A stretch of DNA of 50,109 bases from an uncultured Fibrobacterales bacterium (lineage in GTDB: Bacteria > Fibrobacterota > Fibrobacteria > Fibrobacterales > CAWVXU01), in NCBI GenBank assembly GCA_963934255.1, contig CAWVXU010000008.1, positions 1-50,109 of the forward strand, in the 5' to 3' direction. Shown here in pieces: positions 36,349 through 49,474 of this stretch. The position numbers and the translations under genes were made by a program. The notes beneath the pieces are model-generated. The model did no database searches. It was not told the DNA's origin and worked only from the letters and a program-made list of their open reading frames with translations. Position 1 is the stretch's first letter. Each line of letters begins with the position of its first letter.

Positions 36349-38522
36349 GACAAATGACACTGGTGGGTTTTATATTCTTGCTATTTATCGGCTGGGTCCA
36401 GGCGCTCCCTGGTGATATCCAAACATGGACCAATGTGAGTGAAATTCATCAAATCGCTTCCAAACAAGACGAAATTTGGGCTGCCACCAACGGCGGAATA
36501 TTCAAATATTATAAAAATAAATCTACCAAATGGACTAGCTCGGAAGGGCTGGGTACAACCGAGATGTCAGGTATAGTCGTCACAGATTCTTCTGAAGTCA
36601 TTGCCGTGGGTCGCAATGGGTTAATTTCGCGTTTTGAAAACTCAACATCAGAATTTAAAGTGATTCACTCGGATTTTAGCCACACACAAAAAGATGTTCT
36701 AAATTCTGGAATGGCCACTGGTGGAAATTACCTCTTTATTACTTTTGACGATCAAATCAGCATATTTGATATCAATAAAAATCGCTCAATCTATTCAATA
36801 CACAAGCTAAGTAGTACATCATTAAAAAATGAAAACATTGTGAAACTAGAACTTATTCGAGGCGTTCAGGATTCATTGATTGTACAAACTCAAACTCAAG
36901 CTTTTGTCACGACAATTAATCTCGAAAACATAGATCAAAGCTTTAATCAAGCCGGTGATTGGCTTAATATTGCTGACCCTTCTATATGGGTAAGCATGAA
37001 GCTTGATGCTCGCAAAACTTCTTCGATTTCACATAAAGACTCAACTACTTGGTTCGTTGGCGATGCGCAAGCCCCCAATCCAAATTATGATGTTGAGTTT
37101 AATAAACTTATTCAATTTGATGAGGTAATATATGCTATAGGACCCTCTTCGATTTTGGCGAGATATAAAAATCAAAGATGGACTATACATGAATTCAAGG
37201 GGCTTCCTTTTTATGTGCCTTCGGAGATTACTTCTGATCAATACGGACAAGTGTATGTGAGCGCTTTAGATAATGATACGATGCTTGGAGTAGGAGTGAA
37301 TTACTTCAGAAGAGGCCATCAGGGAGATTGGAGTATTATAGGGCGAAACTCTTTTTATGGTGAGGCCCCCAAGACCTTTGTTAAAAGCCTTAAGACATTA
37401 AGTATTTCTCAAGAGGGAACTCTTTCGTCGTCGGGTTGGGGTGGAGGGATTAGTGTTCTTCAATCTGCCAATAACCCATTAGTGACTCCTCAATATCAAA
37501 TCTACAATGGCAGCACAGATGCCTGCCTAGCTTATGATAATACGTTCTTTTCAGTCGTGCCGACGATGACATTGAAAGACGAAAACAACGAAATCATTTT
37601 TCATACATTTCAAAAAAACACAGCTCAAATTGGCTTCATCAACACTGATGGCCGTCTGAGTTGTGCTCTGATTGCTAGTGAAAGTGCTGAACTAACCCAA
37701 CTCTCTCAACAAAGAGATGATACCTTCCTTATTATGGGGCCGAATAACTTATACCAATTTGAGGTTCAAGGTGATTTTGATAATCGCAGTATAAATATTC
37801 TAAAAACCATCGGCGCCAAACATGTCCCTGGTGGCATCAAAACAGTTCAAGATTTAAACGATAGACTCTGGGTTTTAGGGGCAGGTGGTTTGTATACTCT
37901 TTGTGATCTCAACAACAATTCCGGTCTTTGCCCAGAGGGTTATCCTGACACTTTGGTTAATGTGACAATCCAGCTTAATTTACCACAAAAATCATATCGA
38001 GATATGGAAGTGGATGTTTTCGGAAATCTATGGGTAGCTTCGGATGAAGGTCTGCATAAAATTTTAACATCCCAAACTCAGGTTACCAACACAGGTGTTT
38101 CTAAAATAAGCTCACAAGATGGATTAGCTAGCGATGAGATTTTTGATTTCCACCTTGATGCGTTAACTGGAGATATATGGGTTGCTCACTTAAGAGCGAT
38201 CTCTAGAATTGAATCAAGTGTTCGACTGATTAATGAAGATGTCAATTCAGGCCTAACTCCTTATGCTTATCCGACCCCATTTAAACTAAAAAAACACTCA
38301 GTGATGCATATTAATAACGTGGCTTATCAGTCGGAAGTTTTGGTACTCAATAGCGCTAGAGTGATTGTCAAAAAGTTCAGCAGTATTGATAGTCAAGGCG
38401 GAGAGATTCAATGGGATGGACGAACCCATTCAGGCCGCCAAGTGAGTTCTGGCGTTTATTATATTTCAATAAAAGAACAAGGTGGCAGGAATCATTTGAT
38501 TAAAGTGATCATTATTCGTTAA
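36345..38522 (+). CDS. secreted beta-propeller-like protein with T9SS-like C-terminal sorting domain
   Basis: ATG 36345 overlaps the upstream TGA (ATGA); the ORF-track start at 36330 is TTG. Signal peptide MRQMTLVGFIFLLFIGWVQA. Repeated ...W.AT..G...Y segments resemble two-component-regulator propeller repeats. The last ~80 aa (...GVYYISIKEQGG...) resemble a T9SS C-terminal domain. Confidence 0.6.
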   Translation: MRQMTLVGFIFLLFIGWVQALPGDIQTWTNVSEIHQIASKQDEIWAATNGGIFKYYKNKSTKWTSSEGLGTTEMSGIVVTDSSEVIAVGRNGLISRFENSTSEFKVIHSDFSHTQKDVLNSGMATGGNYLFITFDDQISIFDINKNRSIYSIHKLSSTSLKNENIVKLELIRGVQDSLIVQTQTQAFVTTINLENIDQSFNQAGDWLNIADPSIWVSMKLDARKTSSISHKDSTTWFVGDAQAPNPNYDVEFNKLIQFDEVIYAIGPSSILARYKNQRWTIHEFKGLPFYVPSEITSDQYGQVYVSALDNDTMLGVGVNYFRRGHQGDWSIIGRNSFYGEAPKTFVKSLKTLSISQEGTLSSSGWGGGISVLQSANNPLVTPQYQIYNGSTDACLAYDNTFFSVVPTMTLKDENNEIIFHTFQKNTAQIGFINTDGRLSCALIASESAELTQLSQQRDDTFLIMGPNNLYQFEVQGDFDNRSINILKTIGAKHVPGGIKTVQDLNDRLWVLGAGGLYTLCDLNNNSGLCPEGYPDTLVNVTIQLNLPQKSYRDMEVDVFGNLWVASDEGLHKILTSQTQVTNTGVSKISSQDGLASDEIFDFHLDALTGDIWVAHLRAISRIESSVRLINEDVNSGLTPYAYPTPFKLKKHSVMHINNVAYQSEVLVLNSARVIVKKFSSIDSQGGEIQWDGRTHSGRQVSSGVYYISIKEQGGRNHLIKVIIIR

Positions 38523-38664
38523 AAGTCTTGAGTATAGAGGAAATTGTCCGCTTCTTAGTCTTTAGAACCTCTTTCAAGACGATCTAGGCTAGTGGAATCT
38601 CCTCAACGAGTCTACTGCAAGGTAAAATAAGCTAAAGCAACTCAATATTTTTACATTTATCTAT

Positions 38665-39738
38665 ATGAAAGATAAAGTTTTAAAAGTAATCCAGAAGTAC
38701 GAAGAGATTGAAAGCGAAATGGGCAGCCCTGAGGTTGTGATAGATCCTGACAAATTCTCAAAACTCAACAAGGCCTATCGTGACCTTGAGGAGTCTGTCA
38801 TCGAAGGCCGTAGATACCTTCAAATCTTATCGGATATAGAAGAATACCGCGAGATTATTGCAGATGGCGATGATGCTGAGATGGTGGAGCTTGCCAAAGA
38901 AGAGCTCCCTCCACTTGAAAAATTAGCTCCCATTTTAGAAGACGAACTTCAAGTTTTGTTGATTCCCAAAGACCCACACGACACTTCCAATGTTATTTTA
39001 GAAATCCGTGCTGGAGCTGGTGGAGACGAGTCCTCTATTTTTGCTGGTAATTTGGTTCGTATGTATCAAAATTATTGTCTTAGACTAGGATGGAAATTTT
39101 CTCTCTCTGATGCAAACGAAGGCACGAGCGGTGGTTATAAAGAAGTTAAAGTCAATATCGAAGGCGATGGAGTCTACGGTATACTTAAGTTTGAATCAGG
39201 TGTTCATCGAGTTCAACGAGTACCTGCCACTGAATCTCAGGGGCGAGTGCATACCTCAGCTGCAACTGTAGCAGTTCTACCCGAAGCTGATGATGTTGAT
39301 GTGGACGTTCGAGACGAAGACCTTAAGATTGACACTTATCGCGCCTCAGGTGCCGGTGGACAGCATGTCAACAAGACTGACTCTGCCATCCGTATTACTC
39401 ACCTACCTTCAGGTGTGGTAGTGGCATGCCAAGACGAAAGATCTCAGCTTAAAAATAAAAACAAAGCGCTAAAAGAGCTCAAGTCTAGACTCCTAGATAA
39501 AGCGATATCCGACTCTCAAGCAGAGCAAGCCGCTAATCGTAAGAGTCAAGTCGGTACAGGTGATCGATCCGCAAAGATCCGCACATATAATTACCCTCAA
39601 GGCCGTATTACAGATCATCGTATTGGCCTGACTCTCTATAAGCTTGAAGCTTTTGTTGGTGGTGACATCCAAGAAATGATCGACGCTCTACAAATGGCTG
39701 ATGCACAGGAGAAACTAGCGGGGATGGAAGAAGCGTGA
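38665..39738 (+). CDS. prfA: peptide chain release factor 1
   Basis: PAT tripeptide ([10 protein letters not shown]) and GGQ motif ([11 protein letters not shown]). 357 aa. Confidence 0.9.
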   Translation: MKDKVLKVIQKYEEIESEMGSPEVVIDPDKFSKLNKAYRDLEESVIEGRRYLQILSDIEEYREIIADGDDAEMVELAKEELPPLEKLAPILEDELQVLLIPKDPHDTSNVILEIRAGAGGDESSIFAGNLVRMYQNYCLRLGWKFSLSDANEGTSGGYKEVKVNIEGDGVYGILKFESGVHRVQRVPATESQGRVHTSAATVAVLPEADDVDVDVRDEDLKIDTYRASGAGGQHVNKTDSAIRITHLPSGVVVACQDERSQLKNKNKALKELKSRLLDKAISDSQAEQAANRKSQVGTGDRSAKIRTYNYPQGRITDHRIGLTLYKLEAFVGGDIQEMIDALQMADAQEKLAGMEEA

Positions 39739-40730
39739 GCACCCCAACACTGCTAGCTATTCTCCAAAAGACAACTAAGTGGTTTGAGGCCAAAGGAATT
39801 CCTAACCCCAGGCTTGATGCTGAGTTGCTACTAGCTCATGTACTTAAACTTGAGCGGATGCAAATTTATCTTCAATTTGATCGCCCTATGCACGATGTAG
39901 ACTTGGCCCCACTGCGACCTTTAATTCAAAGACGCGGTAAAAGAGAGCCTCTCCAGCACATTATCGGGACGACTGGATTTAGGCATTTAGAGCTTAAGTG
40001 CAATTCTCACGCTTTAATCCCAAGGCCTGAGACGGAGACATTAGTTGACCTAGGACTTGATAGTTTAGTTGCAATGTGCCAAACTCAAGAAGCTGCTGAA
40101 GGTTCCGCCGAGTCCAAACCTTTAAAAATAGTGGACATAGGTACAGGAACCGGTGCAATTATACTCTCTTTCATGGGTGAATTGGCTGAAACTTTAGTCA
40201 AAGCCAAGCGATTAGAGTCGGCAAAAATTAATCATGAATTCACAGGAATTGATATTTCTCTAAAAGCTTTAGAGCTGGCGCAAGTCAACGAACGTCTGAT
40301 TAATGAGGCAAAGAACAGTATATCAGAGCAATCAGACGAAGCTAATTCTTACGAATCCCAATCTATTCATTGGATTCAAAGCGATAGCTTCAGCGCTGTA
40401 GATAAATCTGAAAAATTTGACTTAATCATTTCAAACCCACCTTATATTCCGCAAGCTGATATAGCAGGCCTTGAGCCTGAAGTTCGAGATTTTGATCCTC
40501 ATTTGGCTTTGTTGGGAGGCGAAAGCGGCCTAGAAATCCCTCAAAGAATCTTTTTAGACGCCATTGCCCATGTTAAATCAGGAAGTGTCCTCATTTTTGA
40601 GCTAGGAACTGGTCAAGTTGACGAGCTTGAGAGTTGGATTTTATCTGAGAAATTTGATATGCAACACACTTTTGACAAATTTAAGGATCTGAACGGCCTG
40701 ATTCGCTTCGCCAAGATAAGTTTTTCTTGA
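39735..40730 (+). CDS. prmC: release factor glutamine N5-methyltransferase PrmC (HemK)
   Basis: GTG start overlapping the prfA stop (GTGA). NPPY motif (IISNPPYI) and GxGxG SAM motif (DIGTGTGA). An insertion ([23 protein letters not shown]) lies between the SAM and NPPY motifs. Confidence 0.8.
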   Translation: MSTPTLLAILQKTTKWFEAKGIPNPRLDAELLLAHVLKLERMQIYLQFDRPMHDVDLAPLRPLIQRRGKREPLQHIIGTTGFRHLELKCNSHALIPRPETETLVDLGLDSLVAMCQTQEAAEGSAESKPLKIVDIGTGTGAIILSFMGELAETLVKAKRLESAKINHEFTGIDISLKALELAQVNERLINEAKNSISEQSDEANSYESQSIHWIQSDSFSAVDKSEKFDLIISNPPYIPQADIAGLEPEVRDFDPHLALLGGESGLEIPQRIFLDAIAHVKSGSVLIFELGTGQVDELESWILSEKFDMQHTFDKFKDLNGLIRFAKISFS

Positions 40731-40731
40731 C

Positions 40732-41028
40732 ATGAACCCTCATAGGGGGCAATTAAATAAAGTTTCTGGATATTTAATCTCTAGCCTGAGTCCTCAAATA
40801 CAACCGACAAATCAAATCAATACAAAAGATTACAGACATTGCTTAGTTTGTGAAGCTTCAAGTGATTCCTTCACATTTAAAATAGAAGCCTATTACGACT
40901 TAGACTTCCTAGAAAGTCACCTTGTTTTTGAAAATTTACATCCAGGGTTTGTACATGATTTTTTCCATGAATTGGAAAAATTAATTCTTAGGTCATCTCA
41001 AGGGCTCAGTCAAGCATTCACCTTTTGA
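40732..41028 (+). CDS. hypothetical 98-aa protein
   Basis: ORF starts 1 nt after the prmC stop. No recognisable domain. Could be spurious. Confidence 0.3.
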   Translation: MNPHRGQLNKVSGYLISSLSPQIQPTNQINTKDYRHCLVCEASSDSFTFKIEAYYDLDFLESHLVFENLHPGFVHDFFHELEKLILRSSQGLSQAFTF

Positions 41029-41096
41029 GCCCAATATCACCCTACGTAAGTTTATGGGATTTGATCTAGATATTTTTCAAGATGAAGAATACAATA

Positions 41097-41125
41097 TTGT
41101 ATTGAATAATGCTTTTATGTATAAT
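41097..41125 (+). promoter_or_regulatory. sigma70-like promoter for the thiamine operon leader
   Basis: TTGTAT (41097-41102), 17-bp spacer, TATAAT (41120-41125), ~25 nt upstream of the riboswitch aptamer. Confidence 0.4.
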
Positions 41126-41144
41126 AGCTACCTAGGCACCTACT

Positions 41145-41240
41145 TTTTCCTATCTTTGAACCTGAACCTGGGGCGCCGGAAGTACCGGCTGAGATTGACC
41201 CATTGAACCTGATGCTTTTCATTAAGCCGGAGGGAGTCGT
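41145..41240 (+). promoter_or_regulatory. TPP (thiamine pyrophosphate) riboswitch (THI element) in thiS-thiC leader
   Basis: Reads CUGGGGCGCC-GGAAGUACCGG-CUGAGA-UUG-ACCCAUUGAACCUGAU-GCUUUUCAUUAAGC-CGGAGGGAG. All hallmark THI-box elements are present: GGGG(U/C)GC, CUGAGA, ACCC...GAACCUGAUC, UAA-GC-G-AGGGA. The GGAGGG overlaps the Shine-Dalgarno of thiS. Confidence 0.8.
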
Positions 41241-41242
41241 TC

Positions 41243-43337
<2,095 letters not shown>

Positions 43338-43338
<1 letters not shown>

Positions 43339-44081
43339 TGAAACTCATTCTCGTTAGCTCTCCTATTGACTATTCACCGGCTAGTATTGTATCCAGGAGA
43401 TTATCTAGGACGGGGGTCGATACTCATACTGAAGTTTCCATAGTGAAGGAAGCTTTAGCTATGGGGGTAGAAGCATTTCATTTGCGTAAAAAATCATGGG
43501 GCTTCGAGGAGTTACAAAATTTTTTGGCAAATTTTAACGAGAATGAATTAACTAAAATATCCATACATGGGCCTCTAGGTTGGCCTATAATGTTGGGGCT
43601 TCGCCGAGTTCATTTTAAGGATAACTTAAAAGAAATTTCAGACGAAGAAGATAAATTCACTGAGTCCATTGAGGAAATAAGAACAACCTTTGATGTAGTC
43701 AAAATCTCAAGATCTTTTCATCAGATAGATGATTTGAGATTTGATGCTCATAAGTATGACCTTGCGTTTTTAAGCCCCATATGGAATTCAATCTCTAAGG
43801 AAGGTTATGACACTCCTTTTGATCTTGACAAATTAAAGGGCCAATTATCCAATATGCGTATTCAGCATATAAAAAACGATCAAAGTATTGATCTCTATGC
43901 GCTTGGTGGTATTGATGAAGATAAAATTTCTCAGGCTCAAGAACTTGGTTTTGATGGCGTGGCAGTTCTCGGATGTGTTTGGCAATCCAATGATCCAATT
44001 AAAAAAATTAAAACTCTCTTAGCCGAATGCACACGAGTTCAAAAACAATCTGAAGATGATTCAGGCGGTTTGACTCAATGA
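43338..44081 (+). CDS. ThiE/TenI-family protein (divergent thiamine-phosphate synthase paralog, TenI-like)
   Basis: TAATG overlap with thiC. TIM-barrel ThiE fold signatures are retained (LSPIWNSISKEGYDTP in place of GPVFPTxTK, and LYALGGIDEDKI...GFDGVAVLGCVW), but catalytic-region residues are diverged. An RVHF segment resembles TenI HRVQL. Confidence 0.5.
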
Positions 44082-45046
44082 AATCATCATCTTCAAAAAA
44101 ATTCAATCTGAAGGAAGAATTTCTAGAAATCGAACGCCCCACCATTCTAGTCATTGGCGGTTTTGACCCCTCTGGCGCCGCGGGTGTTTTAGCTGATGTA
44201 AAAACATCTGAATCTCAAGGTGTTTTGGCTCAAGTCATTATTTCAACTCAAACTATTCAAAACGATAATTCGTTTGAAGAAATTGGTACTCCAAATACTG
44301 ACGCAATGGGTCAATTGAAATCACTACTCAAAAGAACTCATTTCAAAATCGTCAAAATTGGAATGATCCCCAGTTTTGAATGGGCACTTCCGTTAATAGA
44401 TATCCTCAAAACAGTGAACCCAGATATTCAAATCATTTGGGACCCCATTCTCAAAGCAAGTTTCGCAAAAGAATCAGTTCCTTGGAGCAAGCAATTAGAC
44501 GATCTAGGTGAGTGGATGTCTCTAATAGATCTCATCACTCCAAATTTAGAAGAAGCTCCCTTCTTTGAAAAAATCTACGGAAAATTCGAGACATGGAATA
44601 AATCCCAAATAAATCACAAAAATGTAAATCAACAAATCCAAAAATTACCGGCTGTGCTTGTTAAAGGTGGACACGCCAAAGATGAGTCCCTCTCAAACTC
44701 GCCGAATTTACCGGATTCGCCAAACATAGATATTGCAGTGACTGACATCCTTTATGTAGAAGGTCAAATCCTAAAATTCTCACAACCCAAAAAAAAAGCC
44801 TCACCCAAAAGAGGCACGGGCTGTGTCCTAGCGAGTTTAATAGCAAGTAAATTAGCCCACTTAGAACTCTTACCAATAGCCTGTCAAAGTGCACAGATTC
44901 AAATGGCACAATATTTAAAATCAAGTCAAAGTCTCATCGGTACCTGGACCATTCCTACCGACTTACCAAACTCCCCCAAAACTTTAGCTAACTCAGAATT
45001 AATTGTTAAGAACAATCATTCGACATTGAACCCGGAGCTCTCATGA
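44078..45046 (+). CDS. thiD: hydroxymethylpyrimidine/phosphomethylpyrimidine kinase ThiD
   Basis: ATGA overlap. ILVIGGFDPSGAAGVLADVKT...VKIGMI...KGGH motifs of the ThiD/PdxK ribokinase family. Confidence 0.8.
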   Translation: MKSSSSKKFNLKEEFLEIERPTILVIGGFDPSGAAGVLADVKTSESQGVLAQVIISTQTIQNDNSFEEIGTPNTDAMGQLKSLLKRTHFKIVKIGMIPSFEWALPLIDILKTVNPDIQIIWDPILKASFAKESVPWSKQLDDLGEWMSLIDLITPNLEEAPFFEKIYGKFETWNKSQINHKNVNQQIQKLPAVLVKGGHAKDESLSNSPNLPDSPNIDIAVTDILYVEGQILKFSQPKKKASPKRGTGCVLASLIASKLAHLELLPIACQSAQIQMAQYLKSSQSLIGTWTIPTDLPNSPKTLANSELIVKNNHSTLNPELS

Positions 45047-45804
45047 AACCCGATATCCTTGAAAAATTCAAACTCCAAGCTCTTACTATTGACGAAGCAA
45101 CTCAGTCCATCAATCCATGGAAAAGTCAAAGTCATGGCGAAAGTCAAACTGAAGATGAGACTCCAAACTCAGAATCTAAGTCACCTGAAGAAAAACCAAT
45201 CCCCCAAAGACTCTCACATTTAGAGCAAGTCAAAGCACTCTGCGCAGCAGGCGCGAAGTGGATTCAAATCCGCACCAAAAAATTGGTCTACCCTGAACAT
45301 CTAGAAATGCTTCAAGAAATCCGCGCCATCACATCAGAGTCAGGTACTATTTTAATCATCAACGACGATGTGACCGCCACAGCCAAAATCAAAGCAGACG
45401 GAGTCCACCTAGGCAAAAACGACCTGCCAGCGCAAGTCGCTAGAAATGTACTAGGCAAAAACAAAATTATCGGAGTGACTGTCAACAGCATAGCAGACGC
45501 CGAAAAAGCCAAACGCGATAATGTAGCAGACTATGTAGGCCTAGGTCCATTCAATACAACCACAACCAAAGTCAATTCAGCTGAGCCCATGACCTTAGGA
45601 GAAATCAAAAAGTGCGCAGAAATCTTGGCGCCGATTCCGATCGTACTCATCGGCGGCATTTCATTAGAAAACATAAATTCCGCCTCCACTCAACCCGTCC
45701 AAGGGCTAGCAATCTGCTCCGCAATTTCAGCACACGAGCAAGCTGCCGCAATTAGCCAAGCATACGAAGTCTTTTCAAACGCAATCAGCTTCAGTGAACT
45801 CTGA
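45043..45804 (+). CDS. thiE: thiamine-phosphate synthase ThiE with ~55-aa low-complexity N-terminal extension
   Basis: ATGA overlap. IINDDV...ADGVHLG...IIGVT...DYVGLGPFNTTTTK...IPIVLIGGI motifs. The N-terminal ~55 aa (SQSHGESQTEDETPNSESKSPEEKP) are not found in typical ThiE. Confidence 0.8.
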   Translation: MKPDILEKFKLQALTIDEATQSINPWKSQSHGESQTEDETPNSESKSPEEKPIPQRLSHLEQVKALCAAGAKWIQIRTKKLVYPEHLEMLQEIRAITSESGTILIINDDVTATAKIKADGVHLGKNDLPAQVARNVLGKNKIIGVTVNSIADAEKAKRDNVADYVGLGPFNTTTTKVNSAEPMTLGEIKKCAEILAPIPIVLIGGISLENINSASTQPVQGLAICSAISAHEQAAAISQAYEVFSNAISFSEL

Positions 45805-46048
45805 TTTAACAAAAAAAGTGTCAATCACTGGAACCTTGAGTCCAAGACGCCTGATAAATAGATGAGCTGAATAACTGAAACGAGTTTAAATCCAAAATAT
45901 TCGTCCTAAATGATAAGCCATTGAACCAAAATTAAAATGTCTATCTAAAGTGAAGATGACTCCAATGCAAACCCCAGGCAAAAGCCAAATGCAGAAGCCA
46001 AAACCAGAGCAAAAATCAAAATTTCCGTAAAAAGTAAAGACGACTCAC

Positions 46049-46855
46049 ATGCAAAGCAAAAACCAAATGCAAAAAACCAACGCCGACCTCTTCAAAATTG
46101 GCGACCTAAATCTAGGTTCTCGCCTCATTACGGGAAGCGGCAAATTCGCGTCCCAAACACTCATGAGCCAAACTCTTGACGCATGTCAAACTGAGATGGT
46201 CACAGTTGCTCTCAAAAGAGTCGAGCTTGCAGAACGAGAAGACCCGATCATTGATGCTATCAATACTGAGCGAATTCATTTGCTTCCAAACACTAGTGGT
46301 GTCAGAAATGCTAAAGAGGCCCTTTTCGTCGCTGAAATCGCACGAGAAGCCATGCACACCAATTGGGTCAAGCTAGAGATTCATCCCGACCCCAAATACC
46401 TGATGCCTGACGCTGTCGCCACACTCAAAGCCGCCGAAGAGCTAGTCAAAAACGGGTTCCAGGTTTTGCCCTATATCCACGCAGACCCGGTGCTTTGTAA
46501 ACAGCTTGAAGAAGTTGGAGTTGCAGGTGTCATGCCACTTGGCTCACCCATAGGCACCAACCTCGGACTAGAGACCAAAACGTTCCTGCGCATCATAATC
46601 GAGCAGTCCAAAATACCTGTGATCGTGGACGCTGGAATTGGGGCGCCGTCCCACGCAGCTGAAGCAATGGAAATGGGCGCAGACGCAGTACTCGTCAACA
46701 CCGCCATTGCAGCCTCCAAAAACCCAGTTCAAATGGGTCAAGCTTTTGCCATGGCAGTTGAAGCCGGGCGCATGGCATTTCTAGCTAAGCTAGCCGCACC
46801 CAAGTTAGAAGCTCAAGCAACTTCACCACTCACTGGATTCTTAGACACGCTCTAA
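46049..46855 (+). CDS. thiG: thiazole synthase ThiG
   Basis: [20 protein letters not shown]-terminal motif. Catalytic region ...[14 protein letters not shown]...VDAGIG. An alternative start at ATG 46067 is possible. Confidence 0.85.
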   Translation: MQSKNQMQKTNADLFKIGDLNLGSRLITGSGKFASQTLMSQTLDACQTEMVTVALKRVELAEREDPIIDAINTERIHLLPNTSGVRNAKEALFVAEIAREAMHTNWVKLEIHPDPKYLMPDAVATLKAAEELVKNGFQVLPYIHADPVLCKQLEEVGVAGVMPLGSPIGTNLGLETKTFLRIIIEQSKIPVIVDAGIGAPSHAAEAMEMGADAVLVNTAIAASKNPVQMGQAFAMAVEAGRMAFLAKLAAPKLEAQATSPLTGFLDTL

Positions 46856-46881
46856 TAACAATTTAAAGAAACGACCACCTG

Positions 46882-48021
46882 ATGTCTTTTTACGAAACTT
46901 TTCAACAGCATGATTGGGACACCATTCATCATCAGATTCAAAATGCCACCGGTGTGGATGTTGAAACTGTCTTGTCAAAAAATTCTAGACTGTCACTCCA
47001 AGACTTCGGGACACTGATTTCCCCAGCCGCGGCAAGTTACATCGAACCCATGGCAGCCAAAGCTCGAGACCTCACACGCCGTCGTTTTGGCTCTACTATG
47101 CAAATCTATGCTCCACTTTACCTTTCCAATGAGTGCACCAATGTCTGTACCTATTGCGGGTTTAGTATGGATAACAAAATTCCACGCCGCACATTGACAC
47201 CTGATGAAATTATGAAAGAAGTTGTGGTTCTCAAAGAACTCGGCGTTGACCATGTATTGATAGTGACAGGTGAAGCCAACTCAATCGTAGGTATGGATTA
47301 CTTCAAGGAAGCCTTAGATATCATACGTCCGTGGTTTGCAAACATTTCCATTGAAGTGCAGCCTTTAGAGGAAAAAGAATACGCCGAACTTCGTAAGCAC
47401 GGTGCCCATGCAGTCATGATTTATCAAGAAACGTATCATCAAGCTGAGTACAAGAAGCATCACCCCAAAGGTAAGAAGTCAATATTCAAGTTCAGACTCG
47501 AGACACCTGATCGCCTCGGTAGGGCTGGGATTCACAAGATTGGCCTGGGCGCCCTTTTCGGATTAGAAGATTGGCGTGTGGATAGTTTCTTCACAGCGCT
47601 TCATTTGGAATACCTTGAGGTAGAATACTGGCAAACCAAATACAGTATCAGCTTTCCGAGGCTAAGACCTCACGCCGGTGGTTTAGAACCAAAAGTTGAA
47701 ATGACAGACAGAGATCTGGCTCAATTGATATTTGCTTGGCGTTTATATCGAGAAGAAATTGATATTTCTTTATCGACGAGAGAATCTGAATCAATGAGAG
47801 ACAACTTAGCTCATCTCGGTGTGACGACAATGAGTGCAGGCTCGATGACCAACCCAGGTGGATACGCAGAAGGCGAAGACAGTTCACTCGAGCAATTCAG
47901 TATAGACGACCAACGATCTCCAAAAGAATTAGCCGCATCACTCAGGGCCAGCGGACTCGAGCCAGTCTGGAAAGACTGGGATGCTGCCTATGATAAAGCT
48001 GGACAAAATAAGTCCAATTAA
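46882..48021 (+). CDS. thiH: 2-iminoacetate synthase ThiH (radical SAM)
   Basis: CxxxCxxC radical SAM motif (CTNVCTYCGF). Sits directly after thiG. Confidence 0.85.
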   Translation: MSFYETFQQHDWDTIHHQIQNATGVDVETVLSKNSRLSLQDFGTLISPAAASYIEPMAAKARDLTRRRFGSTMQIYAPLYLSNECTNVCTYCGFSMDNKIPRRTLTPDEIMKEVVVLKELGVDHVLIVTGEANSIVGMDYFKEALDIIRPWFANISIEVQPLEEKEYAELRKHGAHAVMIYQETYHQAEYKKHHPKGKKSIFKFRLETPDRLGRAGIHKIGLGALFGLEDWRVDSFFTALHLEYLEVEYWQTKYSISFPRLRPHAGGLEPKVEMTDRDLAQLIFAWRLYREEIDISLSTRESESMRDNLAHLGVTTMSAGSMTNPGGYAEGEDSSLEQFSIDDQRSPKELAASLRASGLEPVWKDWDAAYDKAGQNKSN

Positions 48022-48325
48022 AAAGTCTAATCTAAAATAGAATCAAAAAATAAAGTGTGCTAATGACAAGCTAGAATCAAAATATTAAGGTGAACATATA
48101 AACGAGCTAGATAGTAGAGAATATATTCCACCTATAACAGTACGAATGAATTTAATTCTGTATTAAATAAAATATACTTACAAAAGTTCAACCAAAACCT
48201 AAGAGCACCCCGCTCAAGTCCGACAACAGTCAATGACTAGATCAAATAATGAGAACTCAATTGACTAAAATAAATGAATCAACCGAATTTTAAAAAGCAA
48301 ACCAAGTTAAAGCAATGAGTGATCC

Positions 48326-49474
48326 ATGTTAAACGATTCTGAAAGAAAACGCTACTCACGCCACCTCACTCTTCCACAGGTCGGTGAAAAGGGCCAACTC
48401 CGACTCAAAGCCGCCAAGGTTTTAGTCGTAGGTGCTGGAGGCCTTGGCTGCCCTGTCCTACAATATCTCGCAGCCGCAGGCGTCGGACACATCACCATCG
48501 TTGATGGCGACCAAGTCTCCCTTTCCAACCTTCAACGGCAGATCTTATTCACAGAACAAGACGTCGGACAAAACAAAGCCGAAGTGGCAAGCACTAGGCT
48601 TCAACAGATGAATTCTACCATCGAGATAAACCCAGTTCCAAATTTTTTCAATCTTAATAACGCACTAGCTCTAGTTGAGTCTGTTGACCTTGTGATTGAT
48701 GGTACAGATAATTTCCAAACTAGATACCTGATTAACGATTCATGCGTGATCAAAAAGACACCCTTCATCTACGCCTCAATCCATCAATTCTCAGGTCAAC
48801 TCGCAGTATTTAATCTCGCCGCCTCAGAGACAAACACCCAACCAATGCGAGGTCCTACATATCGTTGCCTATTCCCAGAGCCACCATCAGCATTTGACAT
48901 GCCGTCATGCGATGAAGCTGGAGTATTAGGAGTTCTACCTGGAGTATTAGGGACACTTCAAGCCACTGAAGCCCTAAAGATTATACTTGGTCTAGCTGGT
49001 ATAAAGTCAGGCATATTAGTACTACTAGATTTGTTAGGGCAAATAAGCCAAGAGATTCAAATCACACCTTCCAAGGAAGGTCAAAACATCACCATCCTAG
49101 AAACTCCAGAAATCTATTGTAAAACCGGAGCTAACAAACAATCTCAAGCGCCAATTAAAAATTCAGCAGAAATTGACCCTTGGGAATTTGAAGAGCTAAA
49201 GTTTAAACAAGTGGTTGATGTAAGGTCGAATTGGGAGTATGATTCAGAAATTAAAAGCATCAATATACCTTTATCTCTTATTGAAGAGTTGGACACTGAT
49301 GAGATATCAAAGCAACTTAAAGACTTCAATATTCAAAACGAAATAACTCTCGTTTGTTCGTACGGGAAGAAAAGCATGGAAGCACAAAGTATTCTTAAAT
49401 TACTCTATCCAGAGTATAAGTTTAAAAGCCTGTCGGGTGGTATTGAAGGACTAAAAAGGCTGAGTATGCTCTAA
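48326..49474 (+). CDS. thiF: ThiF/MoeB-family adenylyltransferase with C-terminal rhodanese-like domain (MoeZ-type)
   Basis: GxGxxG nucleotide motif (VVGAGGLGCP). C-terminal ~100 aa rhodanese-like with Cys (TLVCSYGKKS). Confidence 0.75.
   Translation: MLNDSERKRYSRHLTLPQVGEKGQLRLKAAKVLVVGAGGLGCPVLQYLAAAGVGHITIVDGDQVSLSNLQRQILFTEQDVGQNKAEVASTRLQQMNSTIEINPVPNFFNLNNALALVESVDLVIDGTDNFQTRYLINDSCVIKKTPFIYASIHQFSGQLAVFNLAASETNTQPMRGPTYRCLFPEPPSAFDMPSCDEAGVLGVLPGVLGTLQATEALKIILGLAGIKSGILVLLDLLGQISQEIQITPSKEGQNITILETPEIYCKTGANKQSQAPIKNSAEIDPWEFEELKFKQVVDVRSNWEYDSEIKSINIPLSLIEELDTDEISKQLKDFNIQNEITLVCSYGKKSMEAQSILKLLYPEYKFKSLSGGIEGLKRLSML

Noticed and set aside
45805-46048. Second TPP riboswitch upstream of thiG (also searched 48022..48325 upstream of thiF)
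   Set aside because: No CUGAGA / ACCUGAUC / AGGGA THI-box elements found by eye in either gap.
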